This document shows, in pieces, positions 1 through 9,519 of a stretch of 64,000 nt of DNA; positions within the stretch are counted from its first letter, which is position 1, and each line of letters begins with the position of its first letter. The DNA comes from Candidatus Cloacimonadales bacterium. Its GTDB lineage: Bacteria > Cloacimonadota > Cloacimonadia > Cloacimonadales > JAIOQZ01. The notes below the pieces were generated by a model, which saw only the letters and a list, made by a program, of their open reading frames with translations, did no database searches and was not told the origin of the DNA. The stretch covers positions 3,264,001 to 3,328,000 of the forward strand of contig CAXXTU010000002.1 in the NCBI GenBank assembly GCA_963662655.2, in the 5' to 3' direction. The position numbers and the translations under genes were made by a program.

Positions 1-17
1 ATAAGTCGATCGGTAAA

Positions 18-1172
18 ATGGATGATCAAGGCAAGATCGATTTCAAGGAGAGGAACCTTTACACGAGTGTCGATGGCGACGCGCTTCTGGCGGTGAAAGT
101 GCTTCCTGTTCGCGGGAAACCCGGATTGAATTTATACGGGAACCCGGTCCTCGCGAGAATGCCGAAGGATGTCATACTGAAAAACGGGCCAGGAACGCGC
201 GTGGAGAAAACGGAAGAGGAATTGAAAATCTTCAGTTTCGAAGAAGGCATCCTCGAGTTCAACCACAGCATCATCTCGGTGTTTCCCAAGATCATCATCA
301 TGGGCGACGTCTGTTACGAGACCGGCAATATCGAGTCGAAAGCGAATGTTGAAATTAGCGGTAGTGTACTGGCCGGCTTCAATGTCAAGTCGGAGAAAAA
401 CATCTTCATCAAGGGTAATGTCGAGGATCACTGCGTGATCGAGTCAAAGGGCGATCTCTCGGTGATTGGCGGAATCACGGGCGAATCGACGAAAATCTCC
501 TGCATTGGAGCGATGACGGCCAAATACATCGAATCTTGCTATGTTAGTTGCTGCGGTCAATTGACGGTGCAACGGTTTATTCGCGGAGCCACGATCGATT
601 GCCGGAACAACATCATCGTCTTCGGTCACGGTATCAATCTGAACGAGCGTGGCGCGATCGTCGATGCGGAAATCAAGGTCACGAAGAAGCTTCTCGTTCC
701 TGTCATCGGATCGGACGCCGGCTTGAAGACAACGATCCATATTGCCCACGACGAACAGCTTCAGAAGAAGATCGACCACCAGAAAGAGGCATGCGAGAAA
801 ATCGAGAACATGATTCAGGAGCTGAACGACCAGTTTACATTTGACATCACTGCGCCGACAATTTACGATGAAATGCAGGCAATGACCAGCGATATCAAGG
901 AAAGAGTCATCCAGGCGTTGCGAGAAAAAAACAAGCTGGAAAAGCAGCTCGAAATGATGCGGAAAATCCTGGACAAGGAATTGCAAAACAAGATAGATAT
1001 GATCAAGGAGTCTTCGGTGGACATCAGTCTTAAGATCATTCCGGACGTTATTATAAAAACGGAAGGATTGCAACGAACCATTGACAAATTTATGGGTCCA
1101 TCGAAATTCTACCTTGATCTTGAGACACATCTCATCGAGAAAAGTGTCGTTGTGGAGAAACCGGATCTATAA
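18..1172 (+). CDS. FapA/DUF342 family protein (probably 5'-truncated by the window edge)
   Basis: 'G.IDFKER..Y.SV', 'GDV.Y.TGNI', a beta-helix 'V.ISGSVLAGF.VKS..NI.IKG.VE' region and a C-terminal coiled coil, typical of DUF342. Confidence 0.8.
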   Translation: MDDQGKIDFKERNLYTSVDGDALLAVKVLPVRGKPGLNLYGNPVLARMPKDVILKNGPGTRVEKTEEELKIFSFEEGILEFNHSIISVFPKIIIMGDVCYETGNIESKANVEISGSVLAGFNVKSEKNIFIKGNVEDHCVIESKGDLSVIGGITGESTKISCIGAMTAKYIESCYVSCCGQLTVQRFIRGATIDCRNNIIVFGHGINLNERGAIVDAEIKVTKKLLVPVIGSDAGLKTTIHIAHDEQLQKKIDHQKEACEKIENMIQELNDQFTFDITAPTIYDEMQAMTSDIKERVIQALREKNKLEKQLEMMRKILDKELQNKIDMIKESSVDISLKIIPDVIIKTEGLQRTIDKFMGPSKFYLDLETHLIEKSVVVEKPDL

Positions 1173-1322
1173 TATGGAGAGGAAAGCACTATAAACCTTT
1201 CCAGGGTGCATTTTGAAATTGGATTCAGTCAGGTACCATTAGAGCCGAAAATGAAAAGAGTGTAATAATTCTTCGGAACAGATATCGAAAGGAGTGATGT
1301 TTCGGGCAGTTATGGGGCTTAC

Positions 1323-2252
1323 ATGCACGATCTAATCGCGTATTCCAGGCAAGTCGAGGACGGTTTGAGAGATTCGAAGCCAATTCTGGCTCTTGAATCG
1401 ACGATTATCGCCCATGGAATGCCTTATCCTCAAAACCTTGAAACAGCGCTGAAGTTGGAGGCAATCGCTCTCGAAAACGGCGCGATCCCCGCAACAATTT
1501 GTATCCACGATGGCAAAATTCACATCGGCTGCGAACGCGAACTTCTCGAGCACCTCTCCACCAGCAACCAGGTAATGAAAGCCGGCGTACGTGACATCCC
1601 GCATGCGATCGCTTCCGGGAAAACCGCAGCCACAACCGTATCCGGCACGCTTCATTGCGCTCATCTGGCCGGTATTCACGTGTTTGCGACAGGAGGGATC
1701 GGGGGCGTACACCGCGGTGCGGACAGGACATTCGATATTTCGGCCGATCTGATTCAGCTTGGCAGAACGCCCATGATTACCGTTTCCGCGGGAGCCAAAG
1801 CCATTCTCGATATCCCCGCGACACTGGAATACCTCGAAACACTGGGGGTGATGCCCTACGGCTATCGAACCGACACGTTTCCGCTATTCTATTCGCATCA
1901 TTCCGAATACCCGATTCAACGACTGGATTCCGTCAGGGATATCGCAGAAAGATACAACGTTCTCAAGAAAATCGATGTCGGGAGGGGAATGCTGATATGC
2001 AACCCCGTTCCCATCGAAACGCAAATTCCATACGAAGAAATCAAGCAGATTATCGATAAAGCTCTCTACGAGAATCGTCACCTGACCGGTCCCAAGATAA
2101 CGCCTGCACTGCTTCAGGCAATCGCGATCAAGACGGGAGGTCGTTCGCTTGTTACGAATATGGCTCTGGTAGGATCGAACGTTCGCCTCGGGGCGCAAAT
2201 ATCGAAAGAAATTAACAGAATACATGGAGAAATGGGTGTGACAAATGAATAA
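1323..2252 (+). CDS. psuG: Pseudouridine-5'-phosphate glycosidase
   Basis: ALESTIIAHGMPYPQN, ATTVSGT, FATGGIGGVHRG, DISADL and GAKAILD motifs. Confidence 0.95.
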   Translation: MHDLIAYSRQVEDGLRDSKPILALESTIIAHGMPYPQNLETALKLEAIALENGAIPATICIHDGKIHIGCERELLEHLSTSNQVMKAGVRDIPHAIASGKTAATTVSGTLHCAHLAGIHVFATGGIGGVHRGADRTFDISADLIQLGRTPMITVSAGAKAILDIPATLEYLETLGVMPYGYRTDTFPLFYSHHSEYPIQRLDSVRDIAERYNVLKKIDVGRGMLICNPVPIETQIPYEEIKQIIDKALYENRHLTGPKITPALLQAIAIKTGGRSLVTNMALVGSNVRLGAQISKEINRIHGEMGVTNE

Positions 2253-4287
2253 TGAAATTGTAATTGATACTTCGAAATCTGTTGAATGTCAAATTGAAGA
2301 GCTGGAAGAACAGCTTCGCGATCTGAACGCGAACGGGGTTTGCGACGGCGACACCACCACCAAGAAGAAAGTCGATGTGCTCAACCACCTCGCTACGCTG
2401 TACCGGAAACACTCGATCGTAAGAGACCTCGACATCAGCCGCATCTCCCTGGAGCTCGCGGATGACTACCTCGATCAGGCCCTTGACCTTTCCCGGCGCA
2501 TCGGTTACAAGATGGGGGAGGGCTCCGCGCTTCTGAACCTCGGCCAGAGCAGCTTCCTCGCGAACAATTACGAGCTGGCGCTAAACTACTTGCAGAAAGC
2601 GTATTCCATCTTCAGCGAAGAAAAGCAGAAATACGCGATGGGCGAAGCGCTCAACAACATCGGTATCATCTACTGGAACACCGGTAAACACAATAAAGCA
2701 CTCGAGTACTACCTCAAGAGCCTCAAGGTAAAAGAGGAAATCAACGACAAGGACGGTATCGCCCGTCTTCTCAACAACATCGGGCTTGTATACACCAATC
2801 TCTCCAACGAACGCAAAGCGCTCACGTACTACCTGAACTCCTTGAAGCTGAAGGAGGAGCTCGGCGATGAGGCGAGCATCTCCACGACCTGCAACAACAT
2901 CGGTATCATCTACCGGAACATGAAAGAGTTCGATCAAGCGTTGAAGTACTACATCCGTTCGCTCGAAATCAAGAAGAAGCTGGGGAACGACCGCGGCGCC
3001 GCGTTCTCACATAACAATATTGGCCTGCTCTACTGGCGCAAGGGCGATCTGCTGGAAGCGCTGAAGCATTACGAAAGCGCTCGCGAGACCTTCCAGTACA
3101 TCGGCGATCGCTGGGGCGTGGCCAACACCCTCAACAACATCGGTAACCTCAATATTCACCTCGAGAACTACGATGTCGCTGCCGAGAACCTGAAGAAATC
3201 GCTGGAAATTGCAATCGAAATGGAGAAACCGGATCTGGTGAAATCCATTTTCCGCTCCCTGAGCGATCTCTACGAGAGCAAGGCAAAGCTTCAGGAAGAC
3301 GGCCACCAGCAGTCGGAAGCGATCAATGAATCGCTGGTGTATTTCAAGAAGTACAACGAGATCAACGAGAAGATATTCAACGAAAGAACCAGCAGCCGTA
3401 TTGCGGAGGTTCAGGCTGCGTACGAGATGGATAAAAAAGTACGCGAAGCCGAGATCTATCGTCTGAAGAACATCCAGCTCACGGAGATGTATAAGCGAAT
3501 CTCGACGCAGAACGCTGAAATCTCCGAGCAAAAGGAGAAGCTGGAAGTCCTGAACCACGAATTACACGAGGCGAACGCCACGAAGGACAAGTTCTACTCA
3601 ATTATCGCGCACGACCTCAAAAATCCGCTGAGCATTCTCCGGCTCTCCGGCGAGATGCTCGAGGAGAATTTCACTCGCTACGACCGCGACAAGATATTGC
3701 AGCTCATCAAGAAGATGAATGCTGGCACGAAGAGGCTGGCCGATCTTCTGGACGATCTCCTTTCCTGGGCCCGGTTCCAGATGGAGAAAATCGAGTTTCA
3801 GCCCGAGATTATCGACCTGTATGAAATTGCCAACGACGCTTGCTTCCTGCTCAAACCCAGCGCCGACAAGAAGCGTATCTCGCTGGTCTTCGAGATTGAA
3901 CGTCCATGTCAGGTGTTTGCGGATCGCAACATGATCAAAACAACGGTGCGTAATCTGATATCGAACGCGATCAAGTTCACCGGCTTCGATGGAGAGGTGA
4001 AGCTCGAGGTGGAAGATCACGCCAGCATGATAACTTTCAGTGTTTACGATAACGGTGTCGGGATTTCCGAGGAACACCGCGAGAAGCTCTTCCGGATCGA
4101 TTCAACGATATCCACGCTGGGCACAGCGCAGGAAAAGGGTACGGGGCTCGGCTTGATTCTCTGCAAAGAGTTTATTGTGAAGAACAACGGATCGATCGGA
4201 GTGGATAGTGTGGAAGGCAAGGGAAGCCGGTTCCATTTCACGCTTCCCAAAGCGGACCACTCGATATCGACCGGTTTTTCACATTGA
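2245..4287 (+). CDS. TPR-repeat sensor histidine kinase
   Basis: Multiple 'LNNIG.IY' TPRs; H-box IIAHDLKNPL; N-box NLISNAIKFT; G1 DNGVGI; G2 GTGLGL. Confidence 0.93.
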   Translation: MNNEIVIDTSKSVECQIEELEEQLRDLNANGVCDGDTTTKKKVDVLNHLATLYRKHSIVRDLDISRISLELADDYLDQALDLSRRIGYKMGEGSALLNLGQSSFLANNYELALNYLQKAYSIFSEEKQKYAMGEALNNIGIIYWNTGKHNKALEYYLKSLKVKEEINDKDGIARLLNNIGLVYTNLSNERKALTYYLNSLKLKEELGDEASISTTCNNIGIIYRNMKEFDQALKYYIRSLEIKKKLGNDRGAAFSHNNIGLLYWRKGDLLEALKHYESARETFQYIGDRWGVANTLNNIGNLNIHLENYDVAAENLKKSLEIAIEMEKPDLVKSIFRSLSDLYESKAKLQEDGHQQSEAINESLVYFKKYNEINEKIFNERTSSRIAEVQAAYEMDKKVREAEIYRLKNIQLTEMYKRISTQNAEISEQKEKLEVLNHELHEANATKDKFYSIIAHDLKNPLSILRLSGEMLEENFTRYDRDKILQLIKKMNAGTKRLADLLDDLLSWARFQMEKIEFQPEIIDLYEIANDACFLLKPSADKKRISLVFEIERPCQVFADRNMIKTTVRNLISNAIKFTGFDGEVKLEVEDHASMITFSVYDNGVGISEEHREKLFRIDSTISTLGTAQEKGTGLGLILCKEFIVKNNGSIGVDSVEGKGSRFHFTLPKADHSISTGFSH

Positions 4288-4320
4288 TCGTATCGCTTCA
4301 TGAACTTTTAAGGGTATGTT

Positions 4321-5709
4321 GTGAATCGCGAACAAAAACAATTCCAGGAGAAGATCGATCAGGGCTTCAAGCTTTCTCAGAACGATCCCGAGAAGGCGAT
4401 GTCTCTGGCAAGAGAGCTGCTGGATGAAGCCCGGAAGAACAGCTGGGTCAGGGAAGCGGCTCAGGCCCTGCGGCTGGTCGGCGTTCTCTACCGTATCGAC
4501 GCCAAGCTCGATGAAGCTCTCAACTGCTATAAAGAAGCGTTACCGTTATCCGATAAGGTTGGTGACGACTACACCCGAGCTCTGTTATTGAACAACATCG
4601 GGAACATCCATCTCGATTTCGGCAGGTATGGTGAAGCTCTCAAGTACTTCAAGGATTCCCTGCATCTCTGCGAATCGGGAAACAATCTCGAATCTGTCGC
4701 AATCGCGACGAATAACATCGGCATTATCTTCTATCGCATGGAGCAATACGAGAAAGCGCTCGAGCAGCACCACGAGGCCTTGCGCATCAGTGAGGAAATC
4801 GATGATGAGGCGTTGCTGGCCAATTCGATGAACCACATATCGCTGGTCTATGCAAAACTGGATGAACTGGACAAGGCGATCGAGTTCAGCAGCCAGGCGC
4901 ACGATATTTACAAGAAACTGGGCAAGCGCAAGGGGATGCTCTCTTCCTGCGGAAACATCGGTACGTTCTACATACGGAAGAAAGACCCGGAAAAAGCGCT
5001 GGAATACATGGAAAAATCGTATCGGATGGCCGAGGACATCGGAGACCGGAAATCGATCATCGGAAGCCAGTGCAATATCGGGAAGATTTACAAGGACCTC
5101 GGTCAATACGATAAAGCGAAAGCTTTTCTGGACTCCGCCCTTGCGGGGGCACGTGAAATGGGCGCTGAATACATGCAGGGCAAGGCGGCTTTCACGCTCT
5201 ACAACCTGCACAAGAAGATGAACCGGTTCGAGGAAGCGTTAGCCTATCTGGAAGAGTATTATAAAATCAAGATCAATACCTTGCAGCTCGAGCGCAACAG
5301 GCAGCTCTCAGAGATTCAGACCCAGTTCGAGATCGAGAAGAGGGAAAGAGAGGCGGAGGTCTGCAAGATTCGCAACATCGAACTTGCCGAGACAAACCAG
5401 AGGCTCAAGGAAACCCGGGACGAGCTTCTCGCCGCTGAACGACGGAACTCGACCCTGGCGATGGCGATAACTGCGAATCACGAGATCAATCAGCCATTGA
5501 TGGTGATCCAGGGCAACCTCGATATGATGGAACACTTCATGGGTGATGCGGGTAAAGCCGAGAAGATGCAGAAGTATATCTCGACCATCCAGGAAGCGAT
5601 TACCCGGATCAAGAACATCCTGATCAAGTTCAAGAAAGAGAGCCGTTCGCACTACGCGGAGTACAGCTCCGGCTCGCAAATGATCATCTTCGAAGAAGAA
5701 AACGAATAG
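4321..5709 (+). CDS. TPR-repeat protein with HisKA (DHp) domain but no HATPase domain
   Basis: TPRs followed by H-box 'TANHEINQPL'; the protein ends about 75 aa later with no N or G boxes. Confidence 0.85.
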   Translation: MNREQKQFQEKIDQGFKLSQNDPEKAMSLARELLDEARKNSWVREAAQALRLVGVLYRIDAKLDEALNCYKEALPLSDKVGDDYTRALLLNNIGNIHLDFGRYGEALKYFKDSLHLCESGNNLESVAIATNNIGIIFYRMEQYEKALEQHHEALRISEEIDDEALLANSMNHISLVYAKLDELDKAIEFSSQAHDIYKKLGKRKGMLSSCGNIGTFYIRKKDPEKALEYMEKSYRMAEDIGDRKSIIGSQCNIGKIYKDLGQYDKAKAFLDSALAGAREMGAEYMQGKAAFTLYNLHKKMNRFEEALAYLEEYYKIKINTLQLERNRQLSEIQTQFEIEKREREAEVCKIRNIELAETNQRLKETRDELLAAERRNSTLAMAITANHEINQPLMVIQGNLDMMEHFMGDAGKAEKMQKYISTIQEAITRIKNILIKFKKESRSHYAEYSSGSQMIIFEEENE

Positions 5710-5727
5710 ATTCGTCAATTAGCCAAT

Positions 5728-7851
5728 TCAGCACGTGTTTTCTCTGATCGCCTGATGAATTTCCTCCGGTGGAATCGGTTTGCTGCAATACGCTCCCTGA
5801 ATGAGCGAGCACCCATGATCCCATAAGAATCTCTTTTGGACTTCCGTCACAACTCCCGACGCAACCGCTTTTGCATGAATGCTTTGCGCAAATTTAATGA
5901 TCGTGATGATCATGTCGTCGATTTTCTGCTCCGTGCCGATTCTGTGAATGAACGAGGAATCGATCTTGATGATATGGATGGGCAACTCGATGAAATGCTG
6001 TAACGAAAGGTAGCCGGTTCCGAATTCGGTCAGCGCGATCTGGAACCCGATATCCTGAAACTTGTTGAGAATCTCCACGGAGAAATCGATATCCTGCAGG
6101 ATGGTGTTTTCGTTGACACCGAGAATGAAGCGATCGCCGCTCAGGCTGCATTGTTCCAGGATTTTCTTCACATTCTGGAACAGGTTCATGTGGAAAAACT
6201 GCCCGGCTGCAACGTCGATCTGTATCCGCTCCAGGGAAGGGATTTCGTTCCACTGATTCAAGTGTTGGCAAGCGTTGTTGAACTGGTACAACAATATCTC
6301 GTGAAAGAGATCGGTGTGCTCGTTGGGGTTGAAGAGGAATTCCGGATGGAAAACCGTCTGTTGCACTTTGTTCCAAGTCATGAGGGCCTCGAGTCCGGTT
6401 ATATGCCCTCCGTCCAGATCGAAATGCGGGAGGTAAACGATCTTGATCTCCTTTTCGTTCAAGGCGGTCATCAGTTCGCTGGATGAAACGGGGTACGCTC
6501 CCAGGTCGCGAGAGAATTGCGGCTTATAAAAGCGGAACTGCTTCTTCCCGCTGTTTTTCGCTTTGTACATGGCGATGTCGGCATGCTTGACAAGGGTCTC
6601 CGGGTTTTCCGAATCCTGCGGATACATGCTGATGCCGATGCTGGTCGAAATCTCGATTCCGTGGTGATTGAAGTCGAATGGCCGGGAGATGTCGGTGACA
6701 ATTCGGTTCGCCACTACGACTGCGTCCTCCTTGGTCTTGAGGTCGGCCAGGATGATGAGAAACTCGTCGCCTCCAAAGCGGGAAACGGTATCGACGCGAC
6801 GCACGCAGTGCTCGAGTCGCCGGGAAACTTGCTGGAGGAGTATGTCTCCGATGTTGTGGCCGTATTTATCGTTCACCTGCTTGAATCCGTCCAGATCCAG
6901 AAACATTACGCCCAGCTTGTTCTTGAACCGCGCAGCGCGCGCGATGTTGCGTTCGAGCCGGTCGAAGCATAGAACACGGTTGGGAAGGCCGGTCAGCGTG
7001 TCGTGATGCGCGATGTGCTGAAGCTTTTTCTCGATCAGCTTTCGCTCGGTGATATCCGCCTGTATCCCAACCAGTCTTATCGCTTTCCCTTCGTCGTTCC
7101 AGACAGCCTGTCCCCGGTAGGCGAACCACTTGCTTTCGCCGCTCTTGGTTCTCATCGGTATTTCGATGTGGAACTGGGGAATATTTTTATCCAGATAATC
7201 CTGCACATACTTGCGGATGTTCGGCAAGTCCTCGGGCTTGATCAGGCTGAAGAAGGATTCGATGTTCGGTTCCAGATCGCCCGATACATACCCGAGGTTT
7301 TCGAGCCAATGGTCGGAAAAATCGGTATATCCGGTGACGATATTCCAGTCCCACACCCCCTCGTTGGTCGATTTCTGTATCAGTTCCCAGCGCTCCTTGC
7401 GGTGACTGAGCTCGCTCGATTTCTCGTCGAGGACCGATTTGAGCTTGTCGCGTTCCTGCCGGAGCAGTTCGTCCGTCTTTCTCAGGCGGATCATGGCCCG
7501 GATTTGCGAAATGAGGTCCGGTATCTCCAAAGGCTTGTGGAGGAAGGCGTCTGCCCCCGCATCCAGGCTCTTCGCCTTCATCGAGTAGTCCGATTCCATG
7601 CCGGTCATGATGACGATGGGGATATGGGCGGTCGAGGGGTTTTCCTTGAGTTTACGGCAGATGTCGTAACCGCCGATCTTTGGCATGACGAGATCGAGAA
7701 GAACGATGTCGGGCTCGATGCGGTAGATCAGATCGAGGCCCTGCAGCCCGTCCGAGGAAAGAATGACCTCATTTTTGGGAAGATATTCGTCAATAATGTC
7801 TTTCAGTGTATGCAGAAAATTATAATCGTCGTCGATAGCAAGTATCTTCAT
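5728..7851 (-). CDS. Response regulator REC-PAS-GGDEF with degenerate EAL domain (diguanylate cyclase)
   Basis: REC (IDDD, LLDLVMP, KP); PAS (GVWDWN); HDTLTGLPNR...RFGGDEF with RxxD I-site; several EAL-domain motifs substituted. Confidence 0.92.
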   Translation of the reverse strand: MKILAIDDDYNFLHTLKDIIDEYLPKNEVILSSDGLQGLDLIYRIEPDIVLLDLVMPKIGGYDICRKLKENPSTAHIPIVIMTGMESDYSMKAKSLDAGADAFLHKPLEIPDLISQIRAMIRLRKTDELLRQERDKLKSVLDEKSSELSHRKERWELIQKSTNEGVWDWNIVTGYTDFSDHWLENLGYVSGDLEPNIESFFSLIKPEDLPNIRKYVQDYLDKNIPQFHIEIPMRTKSGESKWFAYRGQAVWNDEGKAIRLVGIQADITERKLIEKKLQHIAHHDTLTGLPNRVLCFDRLERNIARAARFKNKLGVMFLDLDGFKQVNDKYGHNIGDILLQQVSRRLEHCVRRVDTVSRFGGDEFLIILADLKTKEDAVVVANRIVTDISRPFDFNHHGIEISTSIGISMYPQDSENPETLVKHADIAMYKAKNSGKKQFRFYKPQFSRDLGAYPVSSSELMTALNEKEIKIVYLPHFDLDGGHITGLEALMTWNKVQQTVFHPEFLFNPNEHTDLFHEILLYQFNNACQHLNQWNEIPSLERIQIDVAAGQFFHMNLFQNVKKILEQCSLSGDRFILGVNENTILQDIDFSVEILNKFQDIGFQIALTEFGTGYLSLQHFIELPIHIIKIDSSFIHRIGTEQKIDDMIITIIKFAQSIHAKAVASGVVTEVQKRFLWDHGCSLIQGAYCSKPIPPEEIHQAIRENTC

Positions 7852-8001
7852 AAGCTTTTCCTCGCGCCTTTAGATTACCAACACATAATTTTCGAATAAA
7901 ACATCTGCAATGTCAAGATAATCCTTGGATGGACATCGAGAAAATCAAACACGACAGAAAGGCTTGCCGGATTTTCAGATAAACACGATATTCATGGATC
8001 C

Positions 8002-9291
8002 TTACTTGACAAATCTCTCATGAAGTCTTTGCGCGGCGCGTTTAGATTTTTCAAGAGAACGATCCTCGCACCGATTGCATAAAATGCCGTCATCCAGAAG
8101 GATGCTATGACCTTTGAGGACCCACCTCGCTTCTCTTCCGCATGCGCCGAACAGGAGATGCCCGACGATGTTGCCGGGATCGATGGGGGTTACCGGGATA
8201 TAATCCATCACGGCGATGTCGGCAGCTTCACCCGATTGAATTCCCAATGGATATCCGAAATTCGTCTTGAGATTCCAGCCCTGAAGGAGCATTGATTCGA
8301 ATTCGGTGTACCCGATGTCGGGATTCCGGTTGAGCTGCTTGGTGTAGAACGATGCCATGCGCAGGGCGGAAAGGATGTCCGAACTCATGCCGTCGGTGCC
8401 GGAAACGACTCGTATCCCTTTCTCGATCATCTTGTGGATGTTGCCGGCTTGCAGGGCGTTGTTCATGGCCGATTCGATGTTGTGGGCCGCGAATACGGGT
8501 TTCCGGGCGAGCACTTCGAGTTCTTCGTCGCTCAGAAGGTTACAATGGATGAGAAGCGAATCGGGATTCAGCAGTCCGTAGTAATCGAGACGCTCGATTA
8601 GGCCGCGTTTGTATTTCTCGCGGGTGATTATAGCATCGTACGGCGCTTCCGCGACGTGGATGTGGATGGGCGCATTATCGATCTGACGGGAAATCTCTTG
8701 AAGCTGGTCGTCGCTTAGCGTAAAGGAGGCGTGCATGCCGATCATACCGCGCAGGTTTCCGCGAGCCTCTTCGTAAAAACGCAGGTTTTCTTCCAGCGAT
8801 TGCAGGAACACCTCCTGGCCGTTGCGTCCCGATATCTCGAAGCAAAGGACTCCGTTCAGCTCGTAGGCATCGAACACCTCGCCCATCCTTTTCAGGGAGT
8901 CGCGGATGAAACTGCTCGAGATGTGGTGATCGAAGATGGTGGTAACGCCGTACCGGATGCAATCTTCAAGCGTCAGGGCGGTGGAGAGAATCACGTCTTC
9001 CTCGTTGAGTGTGCGATCCAGACGCCACCAGAGTTTCTTCAAAACGCCTTCGAAATTATCGAGGCTCTCCCTTACTGGGATTCCCTTCGCCAGGCAGGAA
9101 TAGATGTGATGGTGGGCGTTAACAAGCCCAGGGAGGATGATTCTGCCTCCACAGTCGATGATGCGGTCGGGTGTTTTACCAGCGAGGTCTTGTACGATTT
9201 TTCCCTGATCGATGAAGATGGAGTCTTCGCGCATTTTCAGCCTGTTTCCGTCCGGATAGATGACGATTCCGTTCCGAAGTTCGAGTATCAT
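8002..9291 (-). CDS. Metal-dependent amidohydrolase (SsnA/Atz/Trz-like)
   Basis: PGLVNAHHH, GVTTIFDHH, GMHASFT, HIHVAE and GTDG motifs. Confidence 0.88.
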   Translation of the reverse strand: MILELRNGIVIYPDGNRLKMREDSIFIDQGKIVQDLAGKTPDRIIDCGGRIILPGLVNAHHHIYSCLAKGIPVRESLDNFEGVLKKLWWRLDRTLNEEDVILSTALTLEDCIRYGVTTIFDHHISSSFIRDSLKRMGEVFDAYELNGVLCFEISGRNGQEVFLQSLEENLRFYEEARGNLRGMIGMHASFTLSDDQLQEISRQIDNAPIHIHVAEAPYDAIITREKYKRGLIERLDYYGLLNPDSLLIHCNLLSDEELEVLARKPVFAAHNIESAMNNALQAGNIHKMIEKGIRVVSGTDGMSSDILSALRMASFYTKQLNRNPDIGYTEFESMLLQGWNLKTNFGYPLGIQSGEAADIAVMDYIPVTPIDPGNIVGHLLFGACGREARWVLKGHSILLDDGILCNRCEDRSLEKSKRAAQRLHERFVK

Positions 9292-9519
9292 GGCAAGTTC
9301 CTATTGTTTTTATTCTAATCAGCAATCGCAATCTGGTTTCGTCAATGAAAAAAGTGGGCATACGAAAACGCGGTGTATCGAAAGATCATGGCGGATAACG
9401 TCAACAAATGGACATTATGCCGGGATGTTGTGAAAAATGGGGGCATTCAAAAATACATTCTTCTTGACACAAAACAATCAGGAAGCCTCTTTTATGAAAA
9501 ATCAATGTCGGGGGATTCT

